Notes: generated by a model from the letters alone, not told the origin. DNA of 64,000 nucleotides from Bacillales bacterium UBA4682 (GCA_002404995.1 DHKY01000014.1:7524-71523); one strand, 5' to 3'; shown: positions 27,783 through 38,429, counted from the first letter of the stretch. A program made the numbers and translations.

Positions 27783-30700
27783 TTACTTCTTCTTCTTGAA
27801 GACGAAGGCAACAGCAACCAATGCACCGACTAAGGCAACAACGCTGACAGTGGTAGCTGTAGCAACAAGAGCCGTATTGGATCCTGCACTAGTCGTTTCG
27901 CCTTTATCACCGGTATCGCCTTTGTCGCCCTTATCGCCTTTGTCACCCTTATCGCCTTTGTCGCCTTTTTCACCATTGGTGATGGTAGTCGAGGTTCCAT
28001 CGCTGTAATTGATGACAAATCCGTTATCGGTTTCGACAACAGAGACAATCGTCTTTTCTTCGGTCGGAGTGGTCGGATTGTTATCGGTGACAACATAGTT
28101 GACCGTGAAGTAGGCAACCTCATCCTTAGACTGAGATCCACCCATGCCTGGGAATCCGCCCGGGAAACCTCCACCAGGGAAGCCCATTCCTCCGCCGGAG
28201 GATTTGGCTTTGGCAGTGACCTTGAAGGTAACAGAGTAAGTTCCGCCTTTTGTCGGAGTACCGCTGACCAAGCCGTTTTCAGAAAGAGTCAGTCCCTCAG
28301 GGAGAGCAGATCCTTCATTGACTTCATATTTGACGGATTCGTATTTATCGGTAGAGAAGACATCGGACTCATACTGAATCATCGCCTGCGTACCGACAGT
28401 AAGCTTATCCTCTTCATCGGAGTCAGCATCTCTCTTAAAGGCAGAAGCAAGGGTGATGGAGAAGTCCGCTGTCTTAGTCACATAATTATCGATGGTAGCA
28501 GTAACCTTGAAGTCGAATTTTCCAATCTGGCTGGACTTGCCGGAAATCTTTCCAGTAAGCGGATCAAGAGAGAGACCATCCGGCAGTTTGCCTTCAGAGA
28601 TGGAATACTTGACAGAAGAGCCTACCGTCAGGGCATCCTTTTCAAGAGCGACCGAGTCCTCGAAGGAGGCATAAGCCGTTCCGTTCCTGTTCTTGCCAAG
28701 AAGCTGAAGCTCGGTATAGCCATTCTGGGCATTGGCAGAGTTTGCAGTTGCCCAAAGGACAGAGTGAGCCGTTGCACGGGCATAGTAGTACTGGTTCCAG
28801 GATTCTTTTGCGCTCTCGTTTGCATCGTTCTCGACAATCTTGTATTCGACATCGCCTTTTCCATCACGGAGAGATGGGTTCCAGGTTCCGGAAAGAGTGT
28901 CATACCAAGGTTCGGTCTTATAGACAATACCGTTACCGGCACGGACCATGAGATCAATCGTAGTGCACCAACGCCTTCCTAAGAAGCCATCGGTAATCCT
29001 GAAGCCATGCCATCCGTATTCTTTCTGAAGCAGGCCGGTCCTGAGATACCAGTTGGACTGGTTCGCAACACCGGTGATACGTCCATAGGCAGACCTGCCG
29101 GAGGTAGCTCCGCCTTCCTGAATAGCCCTCTGGAACTCCTTCCTTTCATACTGACGGAGATTCTGCTCGGAAGACCAGACATAGAGCGACTGACCGCCAC
29201 GGTTGGTTTCCTGGTCATTGAAGGCAAGATGCTTGATCATCGGGTTGCAGCCTGCGCTTCTTGCGCCCTTGACGACTTCGGCAGCAATGTAACCGCCCTG
29301 TAAAGCATCCTGAGAATAGTATTCGTTATTACGGCCGGAGAAAGCAGAACGATGCCTGTCCATACCCGGACCATACCATCCCGTACGACCCCTTAAGGTC
29401 GAGATTGAGCCATTGATGACACCTTCCTTATAGGCAAGATCCTTGTTCCAGGTAGAAGCAATCGTGACCTCGCAGCACCATTCATGGGTATTGCCGAAAT
29501 CGTTCGGGCCGTCTTCATCAACCGATTTATCCTTTCCGAAATCATTCAGGGCCGGAGTAGAAGCTCTCGATTCGGTCGAAAGCGAGCAGATTTCTTCCCA
29601 GGTAAGCTGGTTAAGGAACTCATCGTATTTCGGATCATCATAGTCACGTCCCATCAGATCGGCGAATTTCAATGTAACAGTACGATTCGTTGCACTTGCC
29701 GCCTGAGTCCAGGAAGCCGGAATCTCCTCTTTGGTCTTGTACCAAGGCTGGGAAGCGTCTTCCACAAGCTCCGTATTGACACGGAGTCCGTCGGAGGAAG
29801 TATCAATCTGCTTGGAAGGAACAGCCGTCAGACGGGCAATATCTCCATCCTGCCAGATCTTATAGACTTCATCCGTGAACTTGAGTCCAGCAGTAGTAGT
29901 TGCATTTTCGCCTTCTCCGGTGGTGAAAGTCTTCGGAGCTTTCGGGAAGGAGGCAACCTCGGCATCAGCCGTAGAGACATCGAAATCAGCACGGGTCCTT
30001 AAGACTTCCGGATCGCCATCGGCTCCCTCAGCCCTCCTATCGGAAGTACGGAGAGAGTTGTACCTCGTCTTTCCGTTCTTCTCGCCTTTGTACTTGCCGT
30101 TATCGGTCGTAAAGAGATTGGAGACACGGTTGCCAGAGAAATCATCCAGATGCTGATGGACATTGGCATCTAAGTTGAACTTGTATTCGTCAACTGCATT
30201 TTCCGAAGTGATGGCTTCGGAAAGATCACGGTGGGAAGTATCCCTGACACGGATGGTATACTCGCCCTTGTCAAGTTCATAGTCGCCCTTGACGGAGTCG
30301 CCGTTTGCATCCTTGTAATCCCAAGAGGCAAAGTCCTGGACATTGAATTCCACTACGACTCTCTCGCTCTGGCCAGGCTGAAGCTTGCTTGTCTTAGCAT
30401 AGCCGACCAAGTCTTCGGCCGCTTTTTCGATTCCACCCTTGGTGTAAGGAGCCTTGACGTAGACCTGGACTACTTCTTTGCCAGCGACAGAACCGGTGTT
30501 CTTAACATTGACTTCGACATAGAGCTTCTTGACCTTGGCTTCATTGGTATCCGAAGAGAGCTCTGCAGAGGTCAGCTGATGATCGACCTTCTTGGATTTT
30601 TCTTCATCCTTATAGACATCAACGATGTTCCTTGCGAACTTGGTGTAGGACCTTCCATCGCCAAAGCCATAGGCAACATTCTTCTTGTACCATTCCTGAG

Positions 30701-32018
30701 CAGCGCCCGGATTGTTGGCATACCTGTCCTCATAACGGGTCTGGTAGTACCGATAGCCGTTGTAGATATCCTCTTCATAGTCGACGCCAAGGTCAGTCCA
30801 GTCATCGGACTGGGCTCCCTGCTCGATTTCGTAGGTGAAGTAAGAGCCGTATTTGCTCTTGGTCTCTTCCGTTGCCGGAATCAGGTTTCCGTTCTCATCC
30901 TTCTTGTACTGCGGACGGTTGCACCTAAGGGAACCATCTGCTTTGTAATACTTGTGGGAAGAACCAGTCTGGGAGTTGTCGCCGAAGTTCTGCCAAGTCG
31001 GATCCGCAGTGAGATCCATCGGCCATTCATCGACAAGTTTGCCGGAAGGATTGATTTCACCGCTTAAGATCTTGGCGGTACCAAAGAGTCCGTCTTCGCC
31101 CGGACGCCCGATCCACCTCCTGGCATCGATACCGGAATCATTCTTCAGTTCTCCGACTTCCCTGACATTGGAAGTGTTCAATAAGACAATGACTTTCTTG
31201 AAGTTGGCTTTGACGTCCTTGATAAGAGCCCGCTCAGCTTCCGTAAGCCTTAAGGCATGCTTAGAGGTATAGGCTTCCTCTTCCGCAGCACCTGGGACAT
31301 CGACACGGTTGACCGGAGCAGAATCCTTGTTTCCGTCGGTAGAGAAATTCCATCCTCCGCCGCCAGTACCCTGGCTCTTCTTCTGATACGTGGCAAGCTG
31401 TTTATGGGAGGCGATGTCCTCTGCCGTTGCTTTTTCACCCGTGGCACGGGAGACATCGGAACCTTCGCCTGCGTTACGTCCTATGACAACAACCGCAGCA
31501 TCCGAGTACCTTCCGAAGGAGGTACGGACCGTTCCATCGAAGTCATTGAACTGATCAGAGATAGCTCCGCCAGAAGACCTAGGACCGCTGGTTGCCGAGA
31601 CACCCTGATTGGCATAGTGGGCTGCTAGGGCCTTGTTGACATGGAAGCCTTCCTTTTCCCTAGCATCGGCTAAAGTGACAGAAGTCTTACGATTGGACTT
31701 GGATGCAACACCGCCGCCGACTGGGGCATAGGCATTGGTTCCGAAAATGGAGACATAGGATCCGATGCCTAAAGGAAGCGTATTGTTTTCGTTCTTAAGT
31801 AAAACGTTTCCTTCGGCAGAGAGCTCAACATTGAGTTCCTGTGCTGCTTCCTGGGCTTCTTCTAACGTCGAAAATCCCGGATAATACTTATCGCCTTGTT
31901 TCTTCCTGGCAGTGGTACCGTTCAAACCGGTAAAACTGCCTGTTCCGCTAAACACCCTCGCGCCGACGGCAAGAGCAGATAGGGAGAATAGACACCTCTT
32001 CTTGGAATTGTTCTTCAT
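27783..32018 (-). CDS. Very large (1411 aa) GH3-family surface glycosidase with Big-like domains, a (GDK)n collagen-like stalk and a C-terminal transmembrane anchor.
   Basis: GH3 motifs. C-terminal GEKGDKGDKGDKGDKGDKGDTGDKGETT, then TALVATATTVSVVALVGALVAVAFVFKKKK. Confidence 0.75.
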   Translation of the reverse strand: MKNNSKKRCLFSLSALAVGARVFSGTGSFTGLNGTTARKKQGDKYYPGFSTLEEAQEAAQELNVELSAEGNVLLKNENNTLPLGIGSYVSIFGTNAYAPVGGGVASKSNRKTSVTLADAREKEGFHVNKALAAHYANQGVSATSGPRSSGGAISDQFNDFDGTVRTSFGRYSDAAVVVIGRNAGEGSDVSRATGEKATAEDIASHKQLATYQKKSQGTGGGGWNFSTDGNKDSAPVNRVDVPGAAEEEAYTSKHALRLTEAERALIKDVKANFKKVIVLLNTSNVREVGELKNDSGIDARRWIGRPGEDGLFGTAKILSGEINPSGKLVDEWPMDLTADPTWQNFGDNSQTGSSHKYYKADGSLRCNRPQYKKDENGNLIPATEETKSKYGSYFTYEIEQGAQSDDWTDLGVDYEEDIYNGYRYYQTRYEDRYANNPGAAQEWYKKNVAYGFGDGRSYTKFARNIVDVYKDEEKSKKVDHQLTSAELSSDTNEAKVKKLYVEVNVKNTGSVAGKEVVQVYVKAPYTKGGIEKAAEDLVGYAKTSKLQPGQSERVVVEFNVQDFASWDYKDANGDSVKGDYELDKGEYTIRVRDTSHRDLSEAITSENAVDEYKFNLDANVHQHLDDFSGNRVSNLFTTDNGKYKGEKNGKTRYNSLRTSDRRAEGADGDPEVLRTRADFDVSTADAEVASFPKAPKTFTTGEGENATTTAGLKFTDEVYKIWQDGDIARLTAVPSKQIDTSSDGLRVNTELVEDASQPWYKTKEEIPASWTQAASATNRTVTLKFADLMGRDYDDPKYDEFLNQLTWEEICSLSTESRASTPALNDFGKDKSVDEDGPNDFGNTHEWCCEVTIASTWNKDLAYKEGVINGSISTLRGRTGWYGPGMDRHRSAFSGRNNEYYSQDALQGGYIAAEVVKGARSAGCNPMIKHLAFNDQETNRGGQSLYVWSSEQNLRQYERKEFQRAIQEGGATSGRSAYGRITGVANQSNWYLRTGLLQKEYGWHGFRITDGFLGRRWCTTIDLMVRAGNGIVYKTEPWYDTLSGTWNPSLRDGKGDVEYKIVENDANESAKESWNQYYYARATAHSVLWATANSANAQNGYTELQLLGKNRNGTAYASFEDSVALEKDALTVGSSVKYSISEGKLPDGLSLDPLTGKISGKSSQIGKFDFKVTATIDNYVTKTADFSITLASAFKRDADSDEEDKLTVGTQAMIQYESDVFSTDKYESVKYEVNEGSALPEGLTLSENGLVSGTPTKGGTYSVTFKVTAKAKSSGGGMGFPGGGFPGGFPGMGGSQSKDEVAYFTVNYVVTDNNPTTPTEEKTIVSVVETDNGFVINYSDGTSTTITNGEKGDKGDKGDKGDKGDKGDTGDKGETTSAGSNTALVATATTVSVVALVGALVAVAFVFKKKK

Positions 32019-32201
32019 GTTTCCTCCTGAAGCGGGCTTGCGCCCTCAATTCGTATGGCTCTAGTTTAGGGAAAAGGAAGTAAGCGGTTTCAAAAATGGA
32101 AGAAGTGAGGCTTTCTGGGACAGAGAGAAACCGAAATGGGCTGAAAAACAGAAAAACGGGATGAACTATGCCATCCCGTTCGGCTTACTGTGCTCTTTTC
32201 G

Positions 32202-32930
32202 CTAAATCATCCTGTTCTTGGTCAGATCCCTGTACTTTCCGATGATTTCCTCATGGTTCTGCCGTGAAAGGGGAATCTTGGTCTGGTCCTTTAGAGTCAG
32301 GTACGTAGCTGAGAACTTATAGATGTACCGGTAATTGACCAGAAATCCTTTGTGGACACGGATGAAGCCGTAAGGAGAGAGTTCGTCTTCTAACTCAGAA
32401 ATCAGTTTTCTTACTTCAACTCTCTCCTTGCTCTCCGCCCTATGGAAACACTGGTAGTTGTGATTGCTCTCGATATACCTAATGCTGTCTAAGGGTAAGA
32501 GGATTGTCTCTCCATGGGATTTCACTTCGAGATGACGGACTTCTTTGCGGGAAGGAAGGACATCCTCAAAGAAGTGCTTCCTGATATTCTTCGTATCCTG
32601 GAAAAAATTCGTCTTCCGGATGAACCCAATCGGATTGTAGTTGAAACAGGAGAAGACATTGGTCTCGTTCGAGGAGATAAAGATCAAAGGGACTTCCTTA
32701 TCGATCTTTCTCAGTCTTTCCGCAAGTTCGATTCCATCCCTCGGCTTCCTGATAATATCGGAACAAACTAGGTCATAGAGATTGTCTTTCAGGGAATCAA
32801 GGAAGATTTCCCCACTAGTGAATCCTTTGATATTGACTTCCTGATGGAAGCTTTCGCAGAATGCAAGGAAGGCACCTTTTGCAATATCCAAAGATTCCTG
32901 TTCGTCATCAATCCTAGCAATATTAAGCAT
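32202..32930 (-). CDS. LytTR-family response regulator.
   Basis: Receiver domain followed by a LytTR DNA-binding domain (…FIRVHKGFLVNYRYI…). Start set at MLNIARIDDE, which has a GGAAGGAG RBS and overlaps the histidine kinase stop. Confidence 0.7.
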   Translation of the reverse strand: MLNIARIDDEQESLDIAKGAFLAFCESFHQEVNIKGFTSGEIFLDSLKDNLYDLVCSDIIRKPRDGIELAERLRKIDKEVPLIFISSNETNVFSCFNYNPIGFIRKTNFFQDTKNIRKHFFEDVLPSRKEVRHLEVKSHGETILLPLDSIRYIESNHNYQCFHRAESKERVEVRKLISELEDELSPYGFIRVHKGFLVNYRYIYKFSATYLTLKDQTKIPLSRQNHEEIIGKYRDLTKNRMI

Positions 32931-34278
32931 TCTTTTTTTCTCCTTCCGCAGCTTCCAAGTCCAGCCTGGCATCGGCAATGAAATGGTGGTTCTCTATTTT
33001 GAAGCTAATGTATCCGTTGCAGCTTGCAACAATGGACTTAACGATTTTGATTCCGTATCCGTGTCCTTCTCCGTTCTTGCTTGTCTTCAGGTCGATTTTT
33101 TCTTTATCGGTCGGATTTGCGACAGAAATGCGAAGATAGCTATCGGTGATGCCCCTTTTGATGTCGACAGAATCATCTTTTTCCTTCGGTTTGTAGTTCT
33201 CAAGCGCATTGTCGACAAGGTTGGTCCTTAACGCACAGAGCCTCGTCTCTTTAAAGGGAAGAACAGAGGGAACAGCAAGCAGGTACTTCAGAGGAATCTT
33301 CCTGATTCTGGCTTTCGATAGTTCCAGATTCCTGATAGAAGAGATGACACAGTTTCCGCAATCGACGATATGAAAGTCACCGAAGGCTTCCTCATTGGCG
33401 GAGGAAACATAGGCAAGGGCTTCTTCGTACTGTTTTTCCTTCAACAGGTTTTCGATATAAGCATAATGGTTCTTCAGGTCATGGCGTGCAATGGAGGTCC
33501 GCTCTATGCTCTCCTGGTTCAGTTTCAGCCTAGTATAAGCAGAATCGTTAAGCTTCACCCGGGCTTGCCTGACTAACCTGTTTTCCTGCTTTTTCTGGTT
33601 CTGGTAAAGGACCCTGTAGATTCCAACTTCCGTAACCAGAAAGAAGGAAAGGATAAGGACAATGGTGAGAGAAAGATACTTCGACTGGCTCTGATACAGC
33701 GATGGATTTATTTTACTGGTCCTAATTGTGATGATAAACAGCCTAAGGAAGACAAAAAGACTAAGAATAAGCGATGGAGTAGGAATCTCCAGATACCGGT
33801 TGATGTTGTTGATTCCGACGATTAGACCAGTGATCCTCCTCAGAAGGTTCGGAAGACAGCGGACGAAAAGGTTCAGAGATGTCGGAAAAGACGTACAAAG
33901 AAGATTGACCTGATGGCCGATTTCTGTCACAACATAGGCGCTAGAGACAAAAAGAAGCAGTTTAATCATCTTATGCGTATAGTTGCTATGTTCAAAGAAG
34001 AGTATGTAGACAGCACCCGGAACAATAATGGAGCCGACAATGATATAGGGCAGATACGCGCCACTGATAGGAAAGGAAGAGTAGACTGCACTAAGCAAAA
34101 GCATAGAGAGAAAAAGAGCGACAAAAGCGATTATTTTCTGGAGGATATATTTCTTTTTCAGATGCCTATGTCCCACACAGAAGGTAGCATCGAGTGAGGC
34201 ACAGATAAGCTGGAAACAGAAAGGCACTGAAAAGACGAAGGTAAAAAAGCGTTTGAACTGATAAATCCATTCCTGCAT
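32923..34278 (-). CDS. AgrC/LytS-like (HPK10-type) membrane sensor histidine kinase.
   Basis: Six to seven N-terminal transmembrane segments. H-box ARHDLKNH. GHKL ATPase at the C-terminus (GEGHGYGIKIVKSIV). Confidence 0.7.
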   Translation of the reverse strand: MQEWIYQFKRFFTFVFSVPFCFQLICASLDATFCVGHRHLKKKYILQKIIAFVALFLSMLLLSAVYSSFPISGAYLPYIIVGSIIVPGAVYILFFEHSNYTHKMIKLLLFVSSAYVVTEIGHQVNLLCTSFPTSLNLFVRCLPNLLRRITGLIVGINNINRYLEIPTPSLILSLFVFLRLFIITIRTSKINPSLYQSQSKYLSLTIVLILSFFLVTEVGIYRVLYQNQKKQENRLVRQARVKLNDSAYTRLKLNQESIERTSIARHDLKNHYAYIENLLKEKQYEEALAYVSSANEEAFGDFHIVDCGNCVISSIRNLELSKARIRKIPLKYLLAVPSVLPFKETRLCALRTNLVDNALENYKPKEKDDSVDIKRGITDSYLRISVANPTDKEKIDLKTSKNGEGHGYGIKIVKSIVASCNGYISFKIENHHFIADARLDLEAAEGEKKNA

Positions 34279-34765
34279 AACTGATTATCTCCTCCGTTTG
34301 GTTTGTTCTAGTTATTGATTCGAAGATATTGTAACCCTTTTCAAGAACAAAAAAAGAAGGTTTGTTTTCCACACTTTCATTCGAAACGATTTGTTTCCGT
34401 TATTTTGCCAACAAAACTCAAAATAATTATAGATATAAATATAATCTATAAGATGCTAAAGGATACATTGTCTATAAAATCAAACCATAAAAGATTCGTA
34501 GAAAAGCAATATTGATATTTTGTTTTTTGGATAGTTCAATTTATAGATACAAACACTGTTTTCGGCAATTGTTGCTTAATTTCGGATTTATACACATTTT
34601 GATAGGACCAAGAATTGCTTTACAAGCATACAGCATATCCTGATATTTCAGAAAAAATACGTTTCCATGAAACCAGTGTTCTAAAGCATTCAATAAACAA
34701 TGAATATTCCTTGATTTTCTCTTATCATACCAGACTGCAGTATCACCGGATAGTTAAACCATAGC

Positions 34766-34812
34766 ATGTGTTTTTCGTTGGAACTTTTACAATTTTGTTG
34801 AAATTCCAACGA
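34766..34812 (+). repeat. 47-bp direct repeat (second copy at 36069..36115) containing an 8-bp perfect inverted repeat CGTTGGAA-N20-TTCCAACG. It precisely brackets the COG1373 ATPase gene.
   Basis: TTTTCGTTGGAACTTTTACAATTTTGTTGAAATTCCAACGATAA is present 20 bp upstream of the ATG and again starting at the first base after the stop codon. Confidence 0.75.
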
Positions 34813-34832
34813 TAATTCGATATTCTATCTTT

Positions 34833-36068
34833 ATGGATAATATTATTTTACGGAAGCAATATCTCGATAAAATCCGGCCGTTTTATGATTCAAAATATAT
34901 TAAGGCTATTACCGGAATAAGACGTTGCGGAAAGTCCGAGCTCATTAAACAGATAATTAAAGAAATCAAAGATCGCGGAGTTGATGACCAACACATTATT
35001 TTCCTGGATTTGGAAGGAAGAAGCGGTGAAGGAATCACAACACGACTTAAACTAGAGAAGAAGCTTGATTCTATGATTACGGATGACAACAAATACTACA
35101 TTTTCATAGATGAAGTGCAGCACATCAAAAAATTCGAAGAAGCAATAGCATCTGTACGGATAAGTTATAATTGTTCCCTATTTGTTACAGGCAGCAATTC
35201 CAGATTGTTACATGGCAAATTGCAAGATAGATTGACAGGCCGTGCAAAAGAATTCGAGCTGTATCCTTTTTCTTATAAAGAAACTTTGGAATACAAAGCC
35301 GCAAGTGAAATAGAAATAAGTGATGATGATTTTCAAGACTATTTAGAGAACGGGGGAAGGCCTCAGCGATATGAGGAGCAAGACAAATCAGCAATAAAAG
35401 ATTACCTACGTTCCCTTTGTCATTTCATCATCGAAAAAGATGTCTTTGGCTCCCATAATAAAATAAATCGTTTGGAATTTGAAAATATAGCGAAATACAT
35501 TATTTCAACTACAGGCAAGCCTTTTTCGGCTTTATCAATTGCAAAACATTTAAGAAACACAAAGACAAAAGAAGAGCAAAAGAATCTTTCTCAAACAGTC
35601 AATAATTACGTTCAATATCTTCAGGATTGCTATTTCATCACAGCATGCAATCCATATTATCTAAAGGATAAAGAAAGACTAAACGGAGTGAAAAAATACT
35701 ATCCCGTTGATACTGGATTAAGAAGTGCATTCAATGAAACGATAGAATTTGACGACACCTTTGCCCTAGAAGCTGTTATCTTTAACGAATTGATTATGCG
35801 GGGATACGAAGTCAGTTACGGAAAGCTACGGGATGGAGAAATTGATTTCGTTGTAAAAAAAGACACAAGAAAATGTCTGATCCAGGTAGCCTATTCCATT
35901 TCAAACCAAACCACTTTTGACCGAGAATACAAAGCATTTGACAAGGTCAAGGATCATTCCCCGAAATATGTTCTTTCTCTTGATAAGAAAGACACCTCTA
36001 ATAATGGAATCACCCATCTGAATATAATTGATTTCTTGCTTGGAAAGAAAGATATCTGCCTTAGCTGA
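34833..36068 (+). CDS. AAA+ ATPase of the COG1373 / AAA_14-DUF4143 family (second paralog).
   Basis: AITGIRRCGKSELI Walker A. C-terminal DGEIDFVVKKDTRKCLIQVAYSI nuclease-fold motif. Confidence 0.8.
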   Translation: MDNIILRKQYLDKIRPFYDSKYIKAITGIRRCGKSELIKQIIKEIKDRGVDDQHIIFLDLEGRSGEGITTRLKLEKKLDSMITDDNKYYIFIDEVQHIKKFEEAIASVRISYNCSLFVTGSNSRLLHGKLQDRLTGRAKEFELYPFSYKETLEYKAASEIEISDDDFQDYLENGGRPQRYEEQDKSAIKDYLRSLCHFIIEKDVFGSHNKINRLEFENIAKYIISTTGKPFSALSIAKHLRNTKTKEEQKNLSQTVNNYVQYLQDCYFITACNPYYLKDKERLNGVKKYYPVDTGLRSAFNETIEFDDTFALEAVIFNELIMRGYEVSYGKLRDGEIDFVVKKDTRKCLIQVAYSISNQTTFDREYKAFDKVKDHSPKYVLSLDKKDTSNNGITHLNIIDFLLGKKDICLS

Positions 36069-36115
36069 TTTTCGTTGGAACTTTTACAATTTTGTTGAAA
36101 TTCCAACGATAAATC
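36069..36115 (+). repeat. Downstream copy of the 47-bp direct repeat with the CGTTGGAA/TTCCAACG palindrome.
   Basis: Identical over 45 of 47 nt to 34766..34812. Confidence 0.75.
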
Positions 36116-36277
36116 GTTTTGTTTCTTCCACATCTTGGAAAAACATTTGGATTTGCCGGATTTCTAGCATTCGTTTTTCCAGGCACCAAACAGGCATAGA
36201 CGTTGACAAATTACAATCAAACCGATATCTTTATTAGTCTATTAAGTTTTAATAAATATATAAAGGAGCACTAAACA

Positions 36278-38404
36278 ATGAAAAAAACAAAAACAGCATT
36301 GCTTTCTCTTCTCGCCTTTATTCTTCCCCTTAGGGCATGTGGGAAAAATGATCCTGTCAGCAATTCGAATAGCAACCCATCTGTTCCTTCTACTGAGAAA
36401 CCTTCTTTGACCGAAAAGCCTTCGGCTTCCCAGCAGCCATCTAGCGACAGCACGATCCATGTCGATAGCCGTCTTTCTCTCTTCAGGCAGGGAGATCTTT
36501 ACAAGGATGCCATCCGTGCTATCTACCTAAAGAGGGACGGCATCTCTGGTGAAATCGAATGGTCTTCCAACAACGAAGATATCGTTGCTATCGGAAGCAA
36601 TCCGATTAACGGAGCAAGGCCGGAAGTCAATCTGATTGCCAAAGATTACGGAACAGCAGTCATCACGGCAAAGCTGAAATCTGATCCGACCGTCTATTCC
36701 CAATATGAGGTCCTTGTCTCTGACGCCTTCACTCCTAGGAGCACAGAAAGGTTTGCCCTTGTTTCCTCTTCTAGGAAGAGGACAACGACGGAAACCTACT
36801 ATTCCTATGATGTCAACTATACAAAGAGCGAAAACGGAAAGAGTACGGGAGTCACGATCTTTGAGGAAAACGAAGAGCAGTCTTCCGGAAACAACCTTAC
36901 CGATGCCTATCAGATCAACGTCACGGAAAGGGATGGAAAAACCTTTGAAAAGAAGTATGTCCGGGATGGTCGTTATCTTGCTAGCGAATATCTTGATTTC
37001 CAGAACAATGTCCGGAAAAAGATTCTGACCAACACAGACGAGGATCAGACCCAAAGGTACTGGGAAACCTCTCCCTATTTCAACTATCTTGGCTATTCTT
37101 CTGTTGTCACCAAGGAAGACTTTGTCTCCTTCGATAATGGTTCCACCTATCACTTTGTCGGAGGCTATGAAGCCGCTGCACAGATCTGTCTGAACTTCTA
37201 TCAGGAAGACAGGACACCCGATGACAGGTATTTCACCGTCGAAAACGGAACTATCGCCTCTTTCCACGTTGTCATCGATCCGTATAAAGGAAACACCAAC
37301 GATTCCGAGAACATCCAGGTTAAGTACGGAAGGGAAATCACTTCTGTTTTATCCGAACTTGGAACTGCAAAAATCGAGCATCTCGCCAAATATCCTCATG
37401 AATCCTATCAGGATCCAATCACTCAGGCACTCAACACCAGGAAAGCATCGAAAAACTATGTTTCCAGCGTGACCCGCAAGACAAGCGGAAGCGCCGATGA
37501 AAAAACCGTCTATACCTATACGGAAGACACGATTGATATTGTCTATTCGGTCGGTAACCAAGTCCTTACCCACACCGGTGTCCATAAAGTCGATGACAAC
37601 AACTATTACGAATATGAGCACGACGATAGCACGAACACCACCACTATCACAAAGAAACACAACTCCGTGTTTGATGGCACCGACAGCAGCGGAAAGAAAG
37701 TCAACCGCTATCCGACCTTCGACTTTGCCCCAGAGATTTTCGATAAGACCAATGACACCAACACCTTTAATTCCCGTGGAAATACGGCGCAGTTCATCTC
37801 TTACTGTTCCTACATCCCGGCAACTTGGACCCTGCTCCACACCTATGTCGGTGACGGAACCATCGTCTTAGATGGAAACAGCCACTTAAGCAAAGCCAGT
37901 GCCAAGAGGACCGATGGCACTACGGACTACGACTTAAGCATCGACTATTCCTCCTTCGGAACCGCAGCCGTCAGCATCGACTTCTCGAAAGCCACCGAAC
38001 CCACCCTTCCGACTTCTTTCGAAGAAGCTTATCCTTCCTTAGCCAAGGAAAGGAAAGCATGGAACATTTATGATGCTGTTCCTTTCCTCTACTATGAGCC
38101 TGGATACAGCACAGCCGTTGAATGGGAGCGTGCCGACGACACGAATCCGGAATGCGCCTACATCCGGACCAACAGGCTCGACGATAGCCAGGCAGCTGTC
38201 TGCACAAAGTTCATCTCCGATTACAAACAGCTTCTCCTTGATACCGGCTATACCTTGACCGGAAGCAAGGACAAGCATGGCTATGATCTCTATGTAAAAG
38301 GAGATTATAAGATTTCTATCGGAAACGAGCTGAACTGGAACAATCAAGTCCGTCCTGCTGCCGTCATCCGTGTCTATTCCTCTCTTCTCACCAATCCAAA
38401 CTAA
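36278..38404 (+). CDS. Large surface lipoprotein (708 aa) with a Big_2-like Ig domain.
   Basis: MKKTKTALLSLLAFILPLRAC lipobox. S/P-rich linker. Ig-like domain (IEWSSNNEDIVAIG...AKLKSDP). Confidence 0.6.
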   Translation: MKKTKTALLSLLAFILPLRACGKNDPVSNSNSNPSVPSTEKPSLTEKPSASQQPSSDSTIHVDSRLSLFRQGDLYKDAIRAIYLKRDGISGEIEWSSNNEDIVAIGSNPINGARPEVNLIAKDYGTAVITAKLKSDPTVYSQYEVLVSDAFTPRSTERFALVSSSRKRTTTETYYSYDVNYTKSENGKSTGVTIFEENEEQSSGNNLTDAYQINVTERDGKTFEKKYVRDGRYLASEYLDFQNNVRKKILTNTDEDQTQRYWETSPYFNYLGYSSVVTKEDFVSFDNGSTYHFVGGYEAAAQICLNFYQEDRTPDDRYFTVENGTIASFHVVIDPYKGNTNDSENIQVKYGREITSVLSELGTAKIEHLAKYPHESYQDPITQALNTRKASKNYVSSVTRKTSGSADEKTVYTYTEDTIDIVYSVGNQVLTHTGVHKVDDNNYYEYEHDDSTNTTTITKKHNSVFDGTDSSGKKVNRYPTFDFAPEIFDKTNDTNTFNSRGNTAQFISYCSYIPATWTLLHTYVGDGTIVLDGNSHLSKASAKRTDGTTDYDLSIDYSSFGTAAVSIDFSKATEPTLPTSFEEAYPSLAKERKAWNIYDAVPFLYYEPGYSTAVEWERADDTNPECAYIRTNRLDDSQAAVCTKFISDYKQLLLDTGYTLTGSKDKHGYDLYVKGDYKISIGNELNWNNQVRPAAVIRVYSSLLTNPN

Positions 38405-38429
38405 TTTCACCGTACGTTTCCAAGCACAG

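Noticed and set aside
27796-28174. ORFs antisense to the GH3 gene encoding SPLSPLSPLSPL and K/P-rich repeats.
   Set aside because: They are reverse-complement artefacts of the (GDK)n collagen-like coding repeat in the 1411-aa gene on the other strand.
34766-36115. Integron attC-like interpretation of the palindromic direct repeats flanking the ATPase genes.
   Set aside because: The repeats do not fit the R''-L''...L'-R' organisation or the RYYYAAC/GTTRRRY cores. No integron integrase or attI is present. They are reported only as unexplained gene-specific direct repeats.
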